From NCBI GenBank assembly GCA_964565725.1, contig CAZMGA010000004.1, positions 1-32,000 of the forward strand: a stretch of DNA of 32,000 bases, given 5' to 3'. Below the pieces are notes generated by a model. The model ran no database searches and was not told where the DNA came from. It saw only the letters and a list, made by a program, of their open reading frames with translations. Below are positions 1 through 8,788 of the stretch, piece by piece (position 1 is the first letter of the stretch; each line of letters begins with the position of its first letter). A program made the translations under genes and the position numbers. The DNA comes from an uncultured archaeon (GTDB lineage Archaea; Iainarchaeota; Iainarchaeia; Iainarchaeales; 0-14-0-20-30-16).

Positions 1-39
1 TTATAGAAAAACATATAAATTATAATTCTTATTTATATT

Positions 40-627
40 ATGAATTCAAATTATATATCTAACAAAAGAAAAAAACAATATTTTGACGAACTTAAAAAAC
101 AAGAATTGTTAAAAATGTCTGAATTTAGTTTGTGGTTAGATTCGTATAATGATATATTTTCTGATTTTGATCCTCGCCCTGATTCTTTAAGAGCTTTATC
201 TCAAGATTTTGTTGAAGAAGCAAAAAGAGCTGTTAAGGATAGAGATTCTGGTGAGTTAACTTTAAGTTTATTAATAGATGATAAATTAAGAGACCCTATA
301 GAAGAAGAAATAATTACAAAAAGATTACATGAACATTTTACAAAACATTTTAATTGTCAGAAAAAAGAACGAAAAAAAATTTTAAAAAAAGGACTTATAT
401 TTGTAATTGTTGGAATTTTATTATTATTTATTGCAACTATACTATTAGTAAATTTTGGAAATACTAGTTATCAAATGGCTTTTTTATTAATTGTAATGGA
501 ACCAGCTGGTTGGTTTTTTGCGTGGGAAGGTCTTAATTTAGCAATATTTTATAGTAAAGAAGAAACAAAAGATTATGATTTTTACAAAAAAATGCAAAAA
601 TGTAAAATCCACTTTGTGTCTTATTAA
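40..627 (+). CDS. Conserved hypothetical membrane protein, two predicted TM helices near the C-terminus
   Basis: 195-aa ORF; hydrophobic segments GLIFVIVGILLLFIATILLV and MAFLLIVMEPAGWFFAWEGL; charged N-terminal region. Confidence 0.75.
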   Translation: MNSNYISNKRKKQYFDELKKQELLKMSEFSLWLDSYNDIFSDFDPRPDSLRALSQDFVEEAKRAVKDRDSGELTLSLLIDDKLRDPIEEEIITKRLHEHFTKHFNCQKKERKKILKKGLIFVIVGILLLFIATILLVNFGNTSYQMAFLLIVMEPAGWFFAWEGLNLAIFYSKEETKDYDFYKKMQKCKIHFVSY

Positions 628-702
628 ATTGAAAATCTTTTTAGGATAATAAGAAAGATTTAAATATTAACTTATTTATAATATATAATATATAGTGATA
701 AT

Positions 703-2580
703 ATGGTTTTAGAATATAAAGATACATCCGAAATAAAAGTTCCTGAATTATTAATAGACCAAGTAATAGGTCAAGAAAATGCAGTAAAAATAATTAAAAA
801 AGCAGCAAAACAAAGAAGAAACGTATTATTAGTAGGAGAACCAGGAACTGGAAAATCAATGATCGCCAAAGCAATGGCTGATATTATGCCTATAGATAAT
901 TTAAATGATGTTTTGGCATATCCTAATCCTTTAGATTCTAATGAACCAATAATTCATAGTTCTAAAGCAGGTGAAGGAAAACAATTAATTGAAAAAATTA
1001 AATTAGATGAAAAAGCAATGGAAGATTCTTTTAGATTAATTACTTTTATTATTCCTATTGTTTGGTTTATATTGAGTGTAATATTTTGGCAATTAGGATT
1101 TATTTCTGATATCATATTTGCAGCTACTTTATTGATTGGAGCTGTAATTGTTTTTGGTATGGTTTTATCTTCACAAATGAAGATGAAAGAAAAAATAAGA
1201 TCCCCTAAAATTTTGATAGATAATAGTGGTAAAAAAAATGCTCCTTTTGTAGATGCAACTGGTGCAAAAGCTGGTGCTTTATTTGGAGATGTAAAACATG
1301 ATCCTTTACAATCAGGTGGCTTAGGTACTCCTCCACATTTAAGGGTTATGCCTGGAATGGTTCATAAAGCAGATAAAGGTGTTTTATTTATTGATGAAAT
1401 TGCAACTTTAAGCCCTAATTCACAACAAGATATTTTAACTGCTATGCAAGAAAAGAAAATGTCTATTACTGGTCAAAGTGAGTTGAGTTCTGGTGCTATG
1501 GTTAGAACTAAACCAGTTCCTTGTAATTTTGTTTTAGTTGCAGCTGGTAATTATGAAGCATTACAACATGTACATCCAGCATTAAGATCTAGAATAAGAG
1601 GTTATGGTTATGAAATTCATATGAACAAAGATATGGATGATACTCCTGAAAATAGAAATAAATTAGTTCAATTTGTGGCACAAGAAATTAAAGGAGATGG
1701 AAAAATACCTCACTTTACAAAAGATGCTGTAGAAATAATTATCTTTGAAGCAAAAACTAGATCTTCTGGAAAAGATAAATTAACTTTAAAATTAAGAGAA
1801 TTAGGTGGTTTAATTAGAGCTTCTGGCGATTTAGCATTAGAAAGAAATCATAAATTAGTAACTCAAGAAGATATTTTAGATGCTAAAAAATTGTCTGGTA
1901 CTTTAGAAGAACAAATGGTTGAAAAATATATAGAATATACAAAAAATTATGAAGTATTTGAAAACAAAGGTAAAACTGTAGGAAAAGTAAATGGTTTGGC
2001 AGTATTAAGTGATATGTTAACAGGTACAATCATACCTATTGAATCTGAATTGGCGCCAGCACAATCTAAACACGAAGGAAAAATAATTGCTACTGGTAAA
2101 TTAGGAGAAATAGCAAAAGAAGCTGTATTAAATATATCTGCAATTATAAAAAATATTTCTAATATTGATTTATCTAGTTATGATGTTTATATTCAATTTT
2201 TACAAACTTATTCTGGTGTTGAAGGAGATAGTGCCTCAGTATCAATAACCACAGCAGTAATATCTGCAATTACAAATATACCTGTAGACCAAAATTTAGC
2301 TATGACTGGTTCATTGAGTGTTAAAGGGGAAGTTATGCCTATTGGTGGTGCAACTGCAAAAGTAAAAGCAGCAATAAAAGCAGGATTTAAAAAAGTAATT
2401 TTGCCAAAAGCAAATTTAGGTGATGTAGTATTATTGAAAGAAGACAAAAAGAAAATAAATATAATTCCTGCAAACACATTATATGATGTTTTAGATAATG
2501 CTTTAATAGATTGTGTTGCAAAAAAAACATTATTAAAAAGATTAAAGAGTGAAATGAATAAGAAGGGAAATTATGAATAG
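703..2580 (+). CDS. lonB: Archaeal membrane-associated Lon protease (LonB type)
   Basis: Walker A GEPGTGKS, Walker B GVLFIDEI, two TM helices inserted in the AAA+ domain, Ser-Lys protease motifs [10 protein letters not shown] and [14 protein letters not shown]. Confidence 0.96.
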   Translation: MVLEYKDTSEIKVPELLIDQVIGQENAVKIIKKAAKQRRNVLLVGEPGTGKSMIAKAMADIMPIDNLNDVLAYPNPLDSNEPIIHSSKAGEGKQLIEKIKLDEKAMEDSFRLITFIIPIVWFILSVIFWQLGFISDIIFAATLLIGAVIVFGMVLSSQMKMKEKIRSPKILIDNSGKKNAPFVDATGAKAGALFGDVKHDPLQSGGLGTPPHLRVMPGMVHKADKGVLFIDEIATLSPNSQQDILTAMQEKKMSITGQSELSSGAMVRTKPVPCNFVLVAAGNYEALQHVHPALRSRIRGYGYEIHMNKDMDDTPENRNKLVQFVAQEIKGDGKIPHFTKDAVEIIIFEAKTRSSGKDKLTLKLRELGGLIRASGDLALERNHKLVTQEDILDAKKLSGTLEEQMVEKYIEYTKNYEVFENKGKTVGKVNGLAVLSDMLTGTIIPIESELAPAQSKHEGKIIATGKLGEIAKEAVLNISAIIKNISNIDLSSYDVYIQFLQTYSGVEGDSASVSITTAVISAITNIPVDQNLAMTGSLSVKGEVMPIGGATAKVKAAIKAGFKKVILPKANLGDVVLLKEDKKKINIIPANTLYDVLDNALIDCVAKKTLLKRLKSEMNKKGNYE

Positions 2581-3547
2581 AGCAATTAAAAAACAAATAT
2601 TTGTGAGTTTTATTATTTTGTTTGTTTTGTTGGCAATTTATTTTGCATTAGATTTGTTTACTGCTTTACCTGAATATGTTAAATGGGTTATTTTAATAGT
2701 TGGCATAATCATTTTTTTTATGGTTTTAATGGCAAAGACTGGTTTTATATTATTTTTACAAGAATTTCAAAGAGCTGTTATTTTTAGATTTGGTAGATTA
2801 AATAGAGTTGCAGGTCCTGGTTGGGCTTTAATGATTCCTGGTATTGAAATTTATAATATGGTTGATTTAAGAGTAATGACTATTGATGTTCCACAACAAG
2901 AAGTATTGACAAAAGATAATGTAGCATTAAAAATAGATGCTGTAATTTATTTAGCTGTAAAAAAAGATCCTAAATCAATAATAAATTCTATTGTGGCTGT
3001 TGAAGATTATAAAAAAGCAGCACAATTATTTATTAAATCTAGTGTTAGAGAAGTAATAGGTAATATGGTATTATCAGACGTAGTGAGTAATATTAATCAA
3101 ATGAATTCTAATTTGAAAAAAGAATTAGAAAGAATTAGTGAGAGTTGGGGTTTAGATATTCAAAGTGTAGAGTTAAAAGAAATAATTGTTCCTGATATTG
3201 TAGTTAAAGCTATGCACGAACAAAAAGCAGCAGTACAAGAGAAGTTAGCAACAATACAAAGAGCAGAAGCAGAGAAGGAAAAAATAGCTGCAATAAATCA
3301 ATCTGCATCAGAATTAAGTGATAAATCTATAAGTTATTATTATATAAAAGCATTAGAAGAAATGTCTAGAGGTTCATCAACTAAAATTATTTTTCCTATG
3401 GAATTTTCTAGGTTAGCTGAAATATTGGCTGGAAAAGTTGCCCCAAAAGCAAATGAAAAAAGTAAGGTTGAAAATTTTATAGATAAATATGGAGATTTAA
3501 TAGAAGAAAATATAGATAAAGTAGAAAAGAAGGCAAAAAAGAAATAA
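2573..3547 (+). CDS. SPFH/stomatin/prohibitin-like (slipin) membrane protein
   Basis: N-terminal TM segments followed by [62 protein letters not shown] and coiled-coil [15 protein letters not shown]; typical slipin signatures. Confidence 0.93.
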   Translation: MNRAIKKQIFVSFIILFVLLAIYFALDLFTALPEYVKWVILIVGIIIFFMVLMAKTGFILFLQEFQRAVIFRFGRLNRVAGPGWALMIPGIEIYNMVDLRVMTIDVPQQEVLTKDNVALKIDAVIYLAVKKDPKSIINSIVAVEDYKKAAQLFIKSSVREVIGNMVLSDVVSNINQMNSNLKKELERISESWGLDIQSVELKEIIVPDIVVKAMHEQKAAVQEKLATIQRAEAEKEKIAAINQSASELSDKSISYYYIKALEEMSRGSSTKIIFPMEFSRLAEILAGKVAPKANEKSKVENFIDKYGDLIEENIDKVEKKAKKK

Positions 3548-3595
3548 GCTTTTAAACCCTATTCTACAAAATATTATATACTAATTGGTGATTAT

Positions 3596-3757
3596 ATGAA
3601 TAATAAATTTGAAAAGACAAGAATATTGTCTGCAAGAGCTTTACAAGTGAATGATGGTGCAATAACTACTGTTAAGCCTAAATCTAATAAAACAATAGAT
3701 ATTGTAAAACAAGAATTTGAGGAAAATAAAGTTCCTTTAAAAATAACAAGGAAGTGA
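3596..3757 (+). CDS. rpoK: DNA-directed RNA polymerase subunit K (Rpb6-like); absent from the supplied ORF track because it is short
   Basis: 53-aa translation MNNKFEKTRILSARALQVNDGAITTVKPKSNKTIDIVKQEFEENKVPLKITRK matches the RpoK pattern (FEKxRIxxARALQ...GA...A..EF....P..I.R); preceded by SD-like GGTGAT. Confidence 0.92.
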   Translation: MNNKFEKTRILSARALQVNDGAITTVKPKSNKTIDIVKQEFEENKVPLKITRK

Positions 3758-3761
3758 AAAT

Positions 3762-3956
3762 ATGGGAAATGCAATGGCTAAACCTTTAAAAACTAAATCT
3801 GAATTTATGAGATCTGAAATGAAAGATAGATTAAATACTGATTTTGAACACAATAAAAAAGCAATAGATGATTTAAAATTGCCAATTTCTAAAAAAGTTA
3901 GAAATAGAATGGCTGGTTATATTGTAAGAAAAAATAAAAGAGAAAAATCAGAGTAG
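3762..3956 (+). CDS. rps17e: Small ribosomal subunit protein eS17
   Basis: 64 aa; TDFEHNKKAIDDL...ISKKVRNRMAGYIVR matches the eS17 core (DFExNKxxV...SKxxRNRIAGYxTR). Confidence 0.88.
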   Translation: MGNAMAKPLKTKSEFMRSEMKDRLNTDFEHNKKAIDDLKLPISKKVRNRMAGYIVRKNKREKSE

Positions 3957-4015
3957 ATTTTTCTTTTAATTCTATTTTTTAAATAAAAAAATAAAAAAAA
4001 ATTAAAAAAATAAAT

Positions 4016-4078
4016 TTATTTTTTTCCTTTTTTAGCAGGAGCTTTAGGAGCTTCTTTTTTTGCTTTTTTTGCAACCAT
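4016..4078 (-). CDS. 20-aa Lys/Ala/Pro-rich micro-ORF (MVAKKAKKEAPKAPAKKGKK), putative basic microprotein
   Basis: ATG preceded by strong SD-like GAGGTGA on the minus strand; upstream TATA-rich tract; T-rich tract immediately downstream; C-terminus PAKKGKK matches the tail of uL16 upstream. Confidence 0.5.
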   Translation of the reverse strand: MVAKKAKKEAPKAPAKKGKK

Positions 4079-4210
4079 TTTTCTCACCTCGAAAAATATA
4101 TTCTAAATGAAATATTGTGCAAAAATATATATATATGTATTATAATTTTTTAATAAAAATAAGAAATTAAAATTTATAAAATAAAAAAAGTAAAGTTAGA
4201 AATAGAAAAT

Positions 4211-4951
4211 CTATTTCTTACCTTTTTTAGCAGGCTCTGCAGTTTTACCTTTAGTGTCTGCTTTTGCATCTTTTGGAGAATCTTTTGCGTTAGCTGGTTT
4301 TCCTCCTTTTGTAGGAGTTGGTGCAGTTTTTTCTGCATTTTTTGCCATCATGGATTCTTTATCTTTACCAGTCATTCTAGCTAACTTTGCTTCTCTAGTC
4401 CACTTCTTTCTACCACATAATCTTTTATTTAAATGTTCAGATTGTTTTATTTCATAATCCAAATTAATTTTATATCTTAAAGCATCTAACATTTTTTTAA
4501 CTGCTGTAGTTTTTGCACTATCTATTACAACAGATAATAAAATTTGACCTTTTCTAATTTGTACAGCTCTTAAACTGTTTTTTCCAAATGCTTTTTTCAT
4601 ACCACTAGAAACTCTATCTGCACCTGCACCTGTTGCACCTTTGTGCTCTCTTATTATATGGTGAGGGTACGCTCTAATTTTTATAAAATAATCATCTTTA
4701 CCCATTTCTTTTGTTAATTTTTTTACTAACTTTTGTCTCATAGCTTCTAAAGCGTTGTCTCTAATTTGTATACTTTCTTTTGCAACTATATCAAAAACAG
4801 TGTTATAATCTTTTGTTTGATTACCCATTGCAAAATCTCTTGTTCTTACTCCTGGTACACCACCTAAAAAATTCTTTCTTTGAACTTTTGGTGCTACTCT
4901 AGTAAATGATCTTTCTATATTTCTTGTACATCTTCCAGGTCTTAATCCCAT
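4211..4951 (-). CDS. rpl10e: Large ribosomal subunit protein uL16 (archaeal L10e) with low-complexity Lys/Ala/Pro-rich C-terminal extension
   Basis: MGLRPGRC, KESIQIRDNALEAMR, DYFIKIRAYPHHIIREHKGATGAGADRVSSGMKKAFGK are hallmark uL16/L10e motifs; last 42 residues are low complexity. Confidence 0.94.
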   Translation of the reverse strand: MGLRPGRCTRNIERSFTRVAPKVQRKNFLGGVPGVRTRDFAMGNQTKDYNTVFDIVAKESIQIRDNALEAMRQKLVKKLTKEMGKDDYFIKIRAYPHHIIREHKGATGAGADRVSSGMKKAFGKNSLRAVQIRKGQILLSVVIDSAKTTAVKKMLDALRYKINLDYEIKQSEHLNKRLCGRKKWTREAKLARMTGKDKESMMAKNAEKTAPTPTKGGKPANAKDSPKDAKADTKGKTAEPAKKGKK

Positions 4952-5051
4952 AAATACACCCTTTATATTTTAAAAATAAGTTTAAATAGTAAAACTTTAT
5001 TAAATAATTAGATGCCAAATATATATAAATATATCTAAAATTATTATAATT

Positions 5052-5537
5052 ATGAAAAAAAATATAAATTATATAATAGGGTTAATTTTTTTAGGCTTGG
5101 GTATAATTTCATTAATATTTTATGTATTATTAAAAAATATTTATTTTATTATTTTAGTATTTTTATTTATTGCTTTATTTTTATCATTTTTTCTTTTTAA
5201 ACCTAAAAAACCAAATTCTTTAAGAAAAATAATTCAATTAAATAAAGAAAAAGAAAATTTGTTGTTGCAAAAAACAAATATTCAAAAGCAATATCTTAAA
5301 AGAGAAATTTCTGAAAAACAATATATTACTAATGTGTTGGACATAGATAAAAAAGTTTTATTTTTAGATTATGATATTGTTTATTTTGATATTCCTTTAG
5401 AAGAAAAGGATGAATATAAAAGAAAAATTAAATTCGCACAAAAACAATATTTCAAAAATAAAATTAATGAAGAATTATATAATATTATTCAATCAGATTT
5501 ATCAAAAAAAATTGCAAATTTTGACAAAAAACATTAA
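5052..5537 (+). CDS. Hypothetical membrane protein (two N-terminal TM helices, charged C-terminal region)
   Basis: 161-aa ORF with two hydrophobic segments followed by a Lys/Glu-rich region. Confidence 0.7.
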   Translation: MKKNINYIIGLIFLGLGIISLIFYVLLKNIYFIILVFLFIALFLSFFLFKPKKPNSLRKIIQLNKEKENLLLQKTNIQKQYLKREISEKQYITNVLDIDKKVLFLDYDIVYFDIPLEEKDEYKRKIKFAQKQYFKNKINEELYNIIQSDLSKKIANFDKKH

Positions 5538-5539
5538 AG

Positions 5540-6001
5540 TTATTTTCTGTGTAAATTTATTCTCAATTTAGGTTTTAAATAAACTCTTGGTCTTTTAAAA
5601 TAAGTATCTTGATATGTTTTCCTAATTTTTCTAACTAATTTTGCAGGAATTACAAAATCTCCATTTTTTGTTTCAATTATTCCTGCGTTTTTATTTAAGA
5701 TTGAATAAGTAAAATATCTGCCTTGAGGTAAAAGAAAGTTTGGTTTTATATACAATCCTGTAATTGGTGAACCATAATCTTTAATCATTTCAATAAGTAA
5801 TTTTTTAGCCGGGCTTAAAATATTTTCTTTATTATATTCTTTTCTTATTTCTGGTGCTTCTATACCTTGTAATTTATTTATAAATACGCCTAATCCAAAC
5901 CCATTTACTTGTAATTCAGCTACTCTTTTTTTTGTATTTATCTCAACAATATAATAATTAGTTCCATATAGATTAGTGCTTTTTTCAATATAAAAATTCA
6001 T
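5540..6001 (-). CDS. Hypothetical protein downstream of orc1/cdc6
   Basis: 153-aa ORF, codirectional and 7 nt from the orc1/cdc6 gene; no confidently recognised domain. Confidence 0.7.
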   Translation of the reverse strand: MNFYIEKSTNLYGTNYYIVEINTKKRVAELQVNGFGLGVFINKLQGIEAPEIRKEYNKENILSPAKKLLIEMIKDYGSPITGLYIKPNFLLPQGRYFTYSILNKNAGIIETKNGDFVIPAKLVRKIRKTYQDTYFKRPRVYLKPKLRINLHRK

Positions 6002-6008
6002 ATTCTCA

Positions 6009-7208
6009 CTAAAAATCAGTTTCTAAAATTTTTAAAGCTATATTTGAATCAATTGCCATTTTAATTAATGTTGTTGAACCTCTTACCCCTTTTCCAGATG
6101 TTGAAATTATTAAAAAACCATATGTGCTTAATTCATCTAAATACTGTTTAAACCATTTCATAGATACTGGTTGTTTACCTATATTTTTTATTTGTTTTAC
6201 ATATTCTAAATATGCATCTCCAGAATATATTACGTGTCCATCATCCAATAAGTGTGTTGAAAATCTATTATTTTTTACCATGTTTGCAATTGCAAATAAA
6301 ACTATTTTAATTTGTTCTGGCAATGTAGATAACATATCCACAATTATTTCTATTTCTACTTGTTTTTTTGCTTCTTTAATTTCTAAGTCTGTAATCTTAA
6401 AAGTATTTTTTTTATCTGCTAATTCTCCTGCGCTTTCTAATAACAATAAAGCAGTTCTTGCGTCTCCTGATTCTTGTGCTGCATATGCTGCTGCTAAAGA
6501 TATTGCGCTTTCTTCAACAGAATTTTCTATAAATCCTAAAGGTATTCTTTGTTTTAATATTTCTTTTAATTCTTGTGCATTGTATGGTGGAAATATTAAT
6601 TCTTTTTTGCACAATCCAGATTTTGTTCTTGTATCTAATTCGTCTTTAAATAAAACATTATTAGATATTCCTATTATGGTTGTGCCACCTTTTTTTAATT
6701 CATCATTTAATCTAACAATAGAATATATTGTATCATTGGCATCTTTAATTAAATCTATTTCATCTAAAACAATCATTAAGAATAAATTATTTTTTTCAAT
6801 TTCTTTTACTATATTGTCATAAATAAAACTTGCAGAATAACCAAAATAACTTTTAGGGAATAATTTGTCTGCAATTTTTAATAATACTTTGTATTTTGAA
6901 TTATAAGTTCTACAATTTAAATAAACAGTTAATAGTTTTTGTTCTAATTCGCTTTCATTTTGTATTTCTTGCATTTTTGCTAATACTTTATTAATTGTTG
7001 ATGTTTTTCCTGTTCCACATTTACCATAGATAAATATATTATTTGGTTTATTTCCTTGTAATGCTGGTGCCAAATTTATTATTATTTCTTGAATTTGTTG
7101 TTCTCTAAATGGCAAAGTATCTGGAACATAATGTGGTGAAATTAAATCTTTATTTTTAAAAACACTCTTTTTATTTATCTCTTTTCTAAACATTTCCTTT
7201 ATGTCCAT
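6009..7208 (-). CDS. orc1/cdc6: Orc1/Cdc6-family replication initiator ATPase
   Basis: PHYVPDTLPFREQQIQEI, Walker A GKCGTGKTS, Walker B MIVLDEIDLI, sensor IIGISNN, and C-terminal winged-helix-like region; archaeal Orc1/Cdc6 organisation. Confidence 0.95.
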   Translation of the reverse strand: MDIKEMFRKEINKKSVFKNKDLISPHYVPDTLPFREQQIQEIIINLAPALQGNKPNNIFIYGKCGTGKTSTINKVLAKMQEIQNESELEQKLLTVYLNCRTYNSKYKVLLKIADKLFPKSYFGYSASFIYDNIVKEIEKNNLFLMIVLDEIDLIKDANDTIYSIVRLNDELKKGGTTIIGISNNVLFKDELDTRTKSGLCKKELIFPPYNAQELKEILKQRIPLGFIENSVEESAISLAAAYAAQESGDARTALLLLESAGELADKKNTFKITDLEIKEAKKQVEIEIIVDMLSTLPEQIKIVLFAIANMVKNNRFSTHLLDDGHVIYSGDAYLEYVKQIKNIGKQPVSMKWFKQYLDELSTYGFLIISTSGKGVRGSTTLIKMAIDSNIALKILETDF

Positions 7209-7280
7209 ATATATAACCTAAAACAAAAAATATATAAAGTAATAGGAAAACTTTTTTAAATTGGTTTACTTCTTATATTA

Positions 7281-7745
7281 ATGTTGAAAAAATATAAGGA
7301 TATTATAAAATTATTTTTTAATGTTTGTATTAGTTTAACTATATTTTATATTTTAAGTTTTTTTATAAAATTACAATATCCTATAGTAAAATTATTCAAT
7401 TATTTTAAATTAGTTGATTCTTTTGGGGTTGCAAATATAAATAATAATATAATAATTATAGATTCCCAATGTTCTGGTTTTTTTTCGATTTTTGTTTTTA
7501 TAACTGTAATATTAAGTCCTTTAACAAATTTGAACAAAAAACAAAAATTAATTTATTGTATTTTAGGTTCATTAATATTATATTTGACAAATATTTTGCG
7601 ATTATCAATTTTTTTCATATTCCCTAATTATTTTGACTTAGTTCATTTTTTAGGTTGGATTTTAATGTCTTTTTTAATTTTAATATTATGGTATATTGCA
7701 AACAAAACTAAAAGAATTATACCAAATCAACATAATTCCTTATAA
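7281..7745 (+). CDS. Short archaeosortase/exosortase-family membrane transpeptidase-like protein
   Basis: Polytopic; candidate catalytic residues in the family order: Cys in DSQCSGFF, Arg in YLTNILRLSIFF, His in LVHFLGWIL. Confidence 0.72.
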   Translation: MLKKYKDIIKLFFNVCISLTIFYILSFFIKLQYPIVKLFNYFKLVDSFGVANINNNIIIIDSQCSGFFSIFVFITVILSPLTNLNKKQKLIYCILGSLILYLTNILRLSIFFIFPNYFDLVHFLGWILMSFLILILWYIANKTKRIIPNQHNSL

Positions 7746-7785
7746 AACCTTGGTGCTAATATATTTATTATATATAGGTGATTTT

Positions 7786-8031
7786 ATACCAATAAAGAAA
7801 CCATTAACTTATAAAAAGACAGTAAAGGGCAAAGAAATAACTAAATTATCAAAATCTTCTACCCATAAGGAAGTAAAAAAAGCAAGACAAAATATTACGA
7901 GCGAACAAGTATCTAGTATTTTGACAGAATCAAAATTAATAGGTAAACAAGTTGTTCGTTTATTATTATCAAAAGGATTAGATGCAAGACAATTAAAATT
8001 AAGAGGTATTTTATCACATATTTTAAAATAA
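7786..8031 (+). CDS. Hypothetical protein, likely N-terminal part of the adjacent decapeptide-repeat gene; apparent ATA start after an SD
   Basis: GGTGAT SD at 7778-7783 followed three nt later by ATA in the frame of the 7696..8031 ORF; upstream part of the track ORF overlaps the previous gene; C-terminus LLLSKGLDARQLKLRGIL resembles the downstream repeat. Confidence 0.4.
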   Translation: MPIKKPLTYKKTVKGKEITKLSKSSTHKEVKKARQNITSEQVSSILTESKLIGKQVVRLLLSKGLDARQLKLRGILSHILK

Positions 8032-8046
8032 AAATTAAACTTATCT

Positions 8047-8361
8047 GTGAAAGATTTAGAATCTATTGGTTATAATATTAATGATATACTTTTTGCAGGT
8101 TATGCTCCTATTCAATTAAAATCTTCTGGTTATGGTGTTAAGAAGTTAAAATATCTTGGTTTTGATGCAAGAAAAGTAATGAGTTATGGTTATAGTTTAA
8201 GTAATTTAAGATCTCTTGGTTTTAATGTTAAAGACTTAATCTCTGTTGGTTATAGTCCAAAAGAATTATTATCTGCTGGTTTAAGTGTTAGAGACTTAAT
8301 CTCTAGTGGTGTTTCTCAAGCCGAAGTAATTAGAATAATTGCAGAATTAAAGAAAAAATGA
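8047..8361 (+). CDS. Tandem 10-residue repeat protein, pattern LxxxG[YFL]xxxx
   Basis: LESIGYNIND-ILFAGYAPIQ-LKSSGYGVKK-LKYLGFDARK-VMSYGYSLSN-LRSLGFNVKD-LISVGYSPKE-LLSAGLSVRD-LISSGVSQAE; starts at a GTG with no visible SD, same frame as the preceding ORF. Confidence 0.6.
   Translation: MKDLESIGYNINDILFAGYAPIQLKSSGYGVKKLKYLGFDARKVMSYGYSLSNLRSLGFNVKDLISVGYSPKELLSAGLSVRDLISSGVSQAEVIRIIAELKKK
8056..8325 (+). repeat. About nine tandem imperfect 30-bp units encoding the decapeptide repeat
   Basis: Period-30 recurrence of (c/t)ttggtt(a/t)t / gctggtt- cores followed by gtt/gca aaa/aga g(a/t)(c/a)tta. Confidence 0.75.
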
Positions 8362-8407
8362 AATCTATTTTTTAATTTTAATATTATTTTTTTTAGTAAA
8401 TAATAAT

Positions 8408-8788
8408 TTAAAAACAAATTTTAATATCCAATTCTTTTTTAATAAAATTTTCATATATAAAAACATTTTTTCTAATACAATTTTTTTTATTTGTAATTTT
8501 TTTTAAAGAGAAAAAATCTTTTTTTATTTCATAATCTACATTAGGGATAAATTTTATTATTATTGTTTCAATATCGTAAATATTAGTTATGTTTTCACTT
8601 AATATTACATTGTACAAATCCTGTGCTTTAAAATAGTAAGATACATTTTCATATTTTTGATTTAAGTTTATTTTTTCCAAACCTATTAAAAAGCTTATTA
8701 ATAGAATTATTAAAAGTAAACATTCAAATATAAAAAATAATCCTTTATTTGCAAAATGTGAATTTTGCAATTGCTGTTTCGCTTTCAT
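8408..8788 (-). CDS. Prepilin-like small protein with a single N-terminal TM helix
   Basis: N-terminus ...NSHFANKGLFFIFECLLLIILLISFLIG: Lys-Gly then hydrophobic helix; fourth gene of an overlapping cluster. Confidence 0.5.
   Translation of the reverse strand: MKAKQQLQNSHFANKGLFFIFECLLLIILLISFLIGLEKINLNQKYENVSYYFKAQDLYNVILSENITNIYDIETIIIKFIPNVDYEIKKDFFSLKKITNKKNCIRKNVFIYENFIKKELDIKICF

Noticed and set aside
2208-2596. Minus-strand ORFs opposite lonB (2208..2477, 2387..2596)
   Set aside because: Antisense shadow ORFs over a strongly conserved lonB; no recognisable product or SD.
4254-4457. Plus-strand ORF opposite uL16
   Set aside because: Antisense reading of the uL16 coding sequence.
6124-6822. 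232-aa plus-strand ORF opposite orc1/cdc6
   Set aside because: Long, but entirely antisense to a gene with intact AAA+ motifs; translation looks like a mirrored low-complexity product.
7209-7280. Possible replication origin next to orc1/cdc6
   Set aside because: The gap is only ~70 bp and AT-rich; I see no paired origin-recognition-box repeats. Needs whole-chromosome skew analysis.
8372-8405. TATTATTT/AAATAATA inverted repeat between convergent genes
   Set aside because: AT-only 8-bp arms are common by chance at this base composition.
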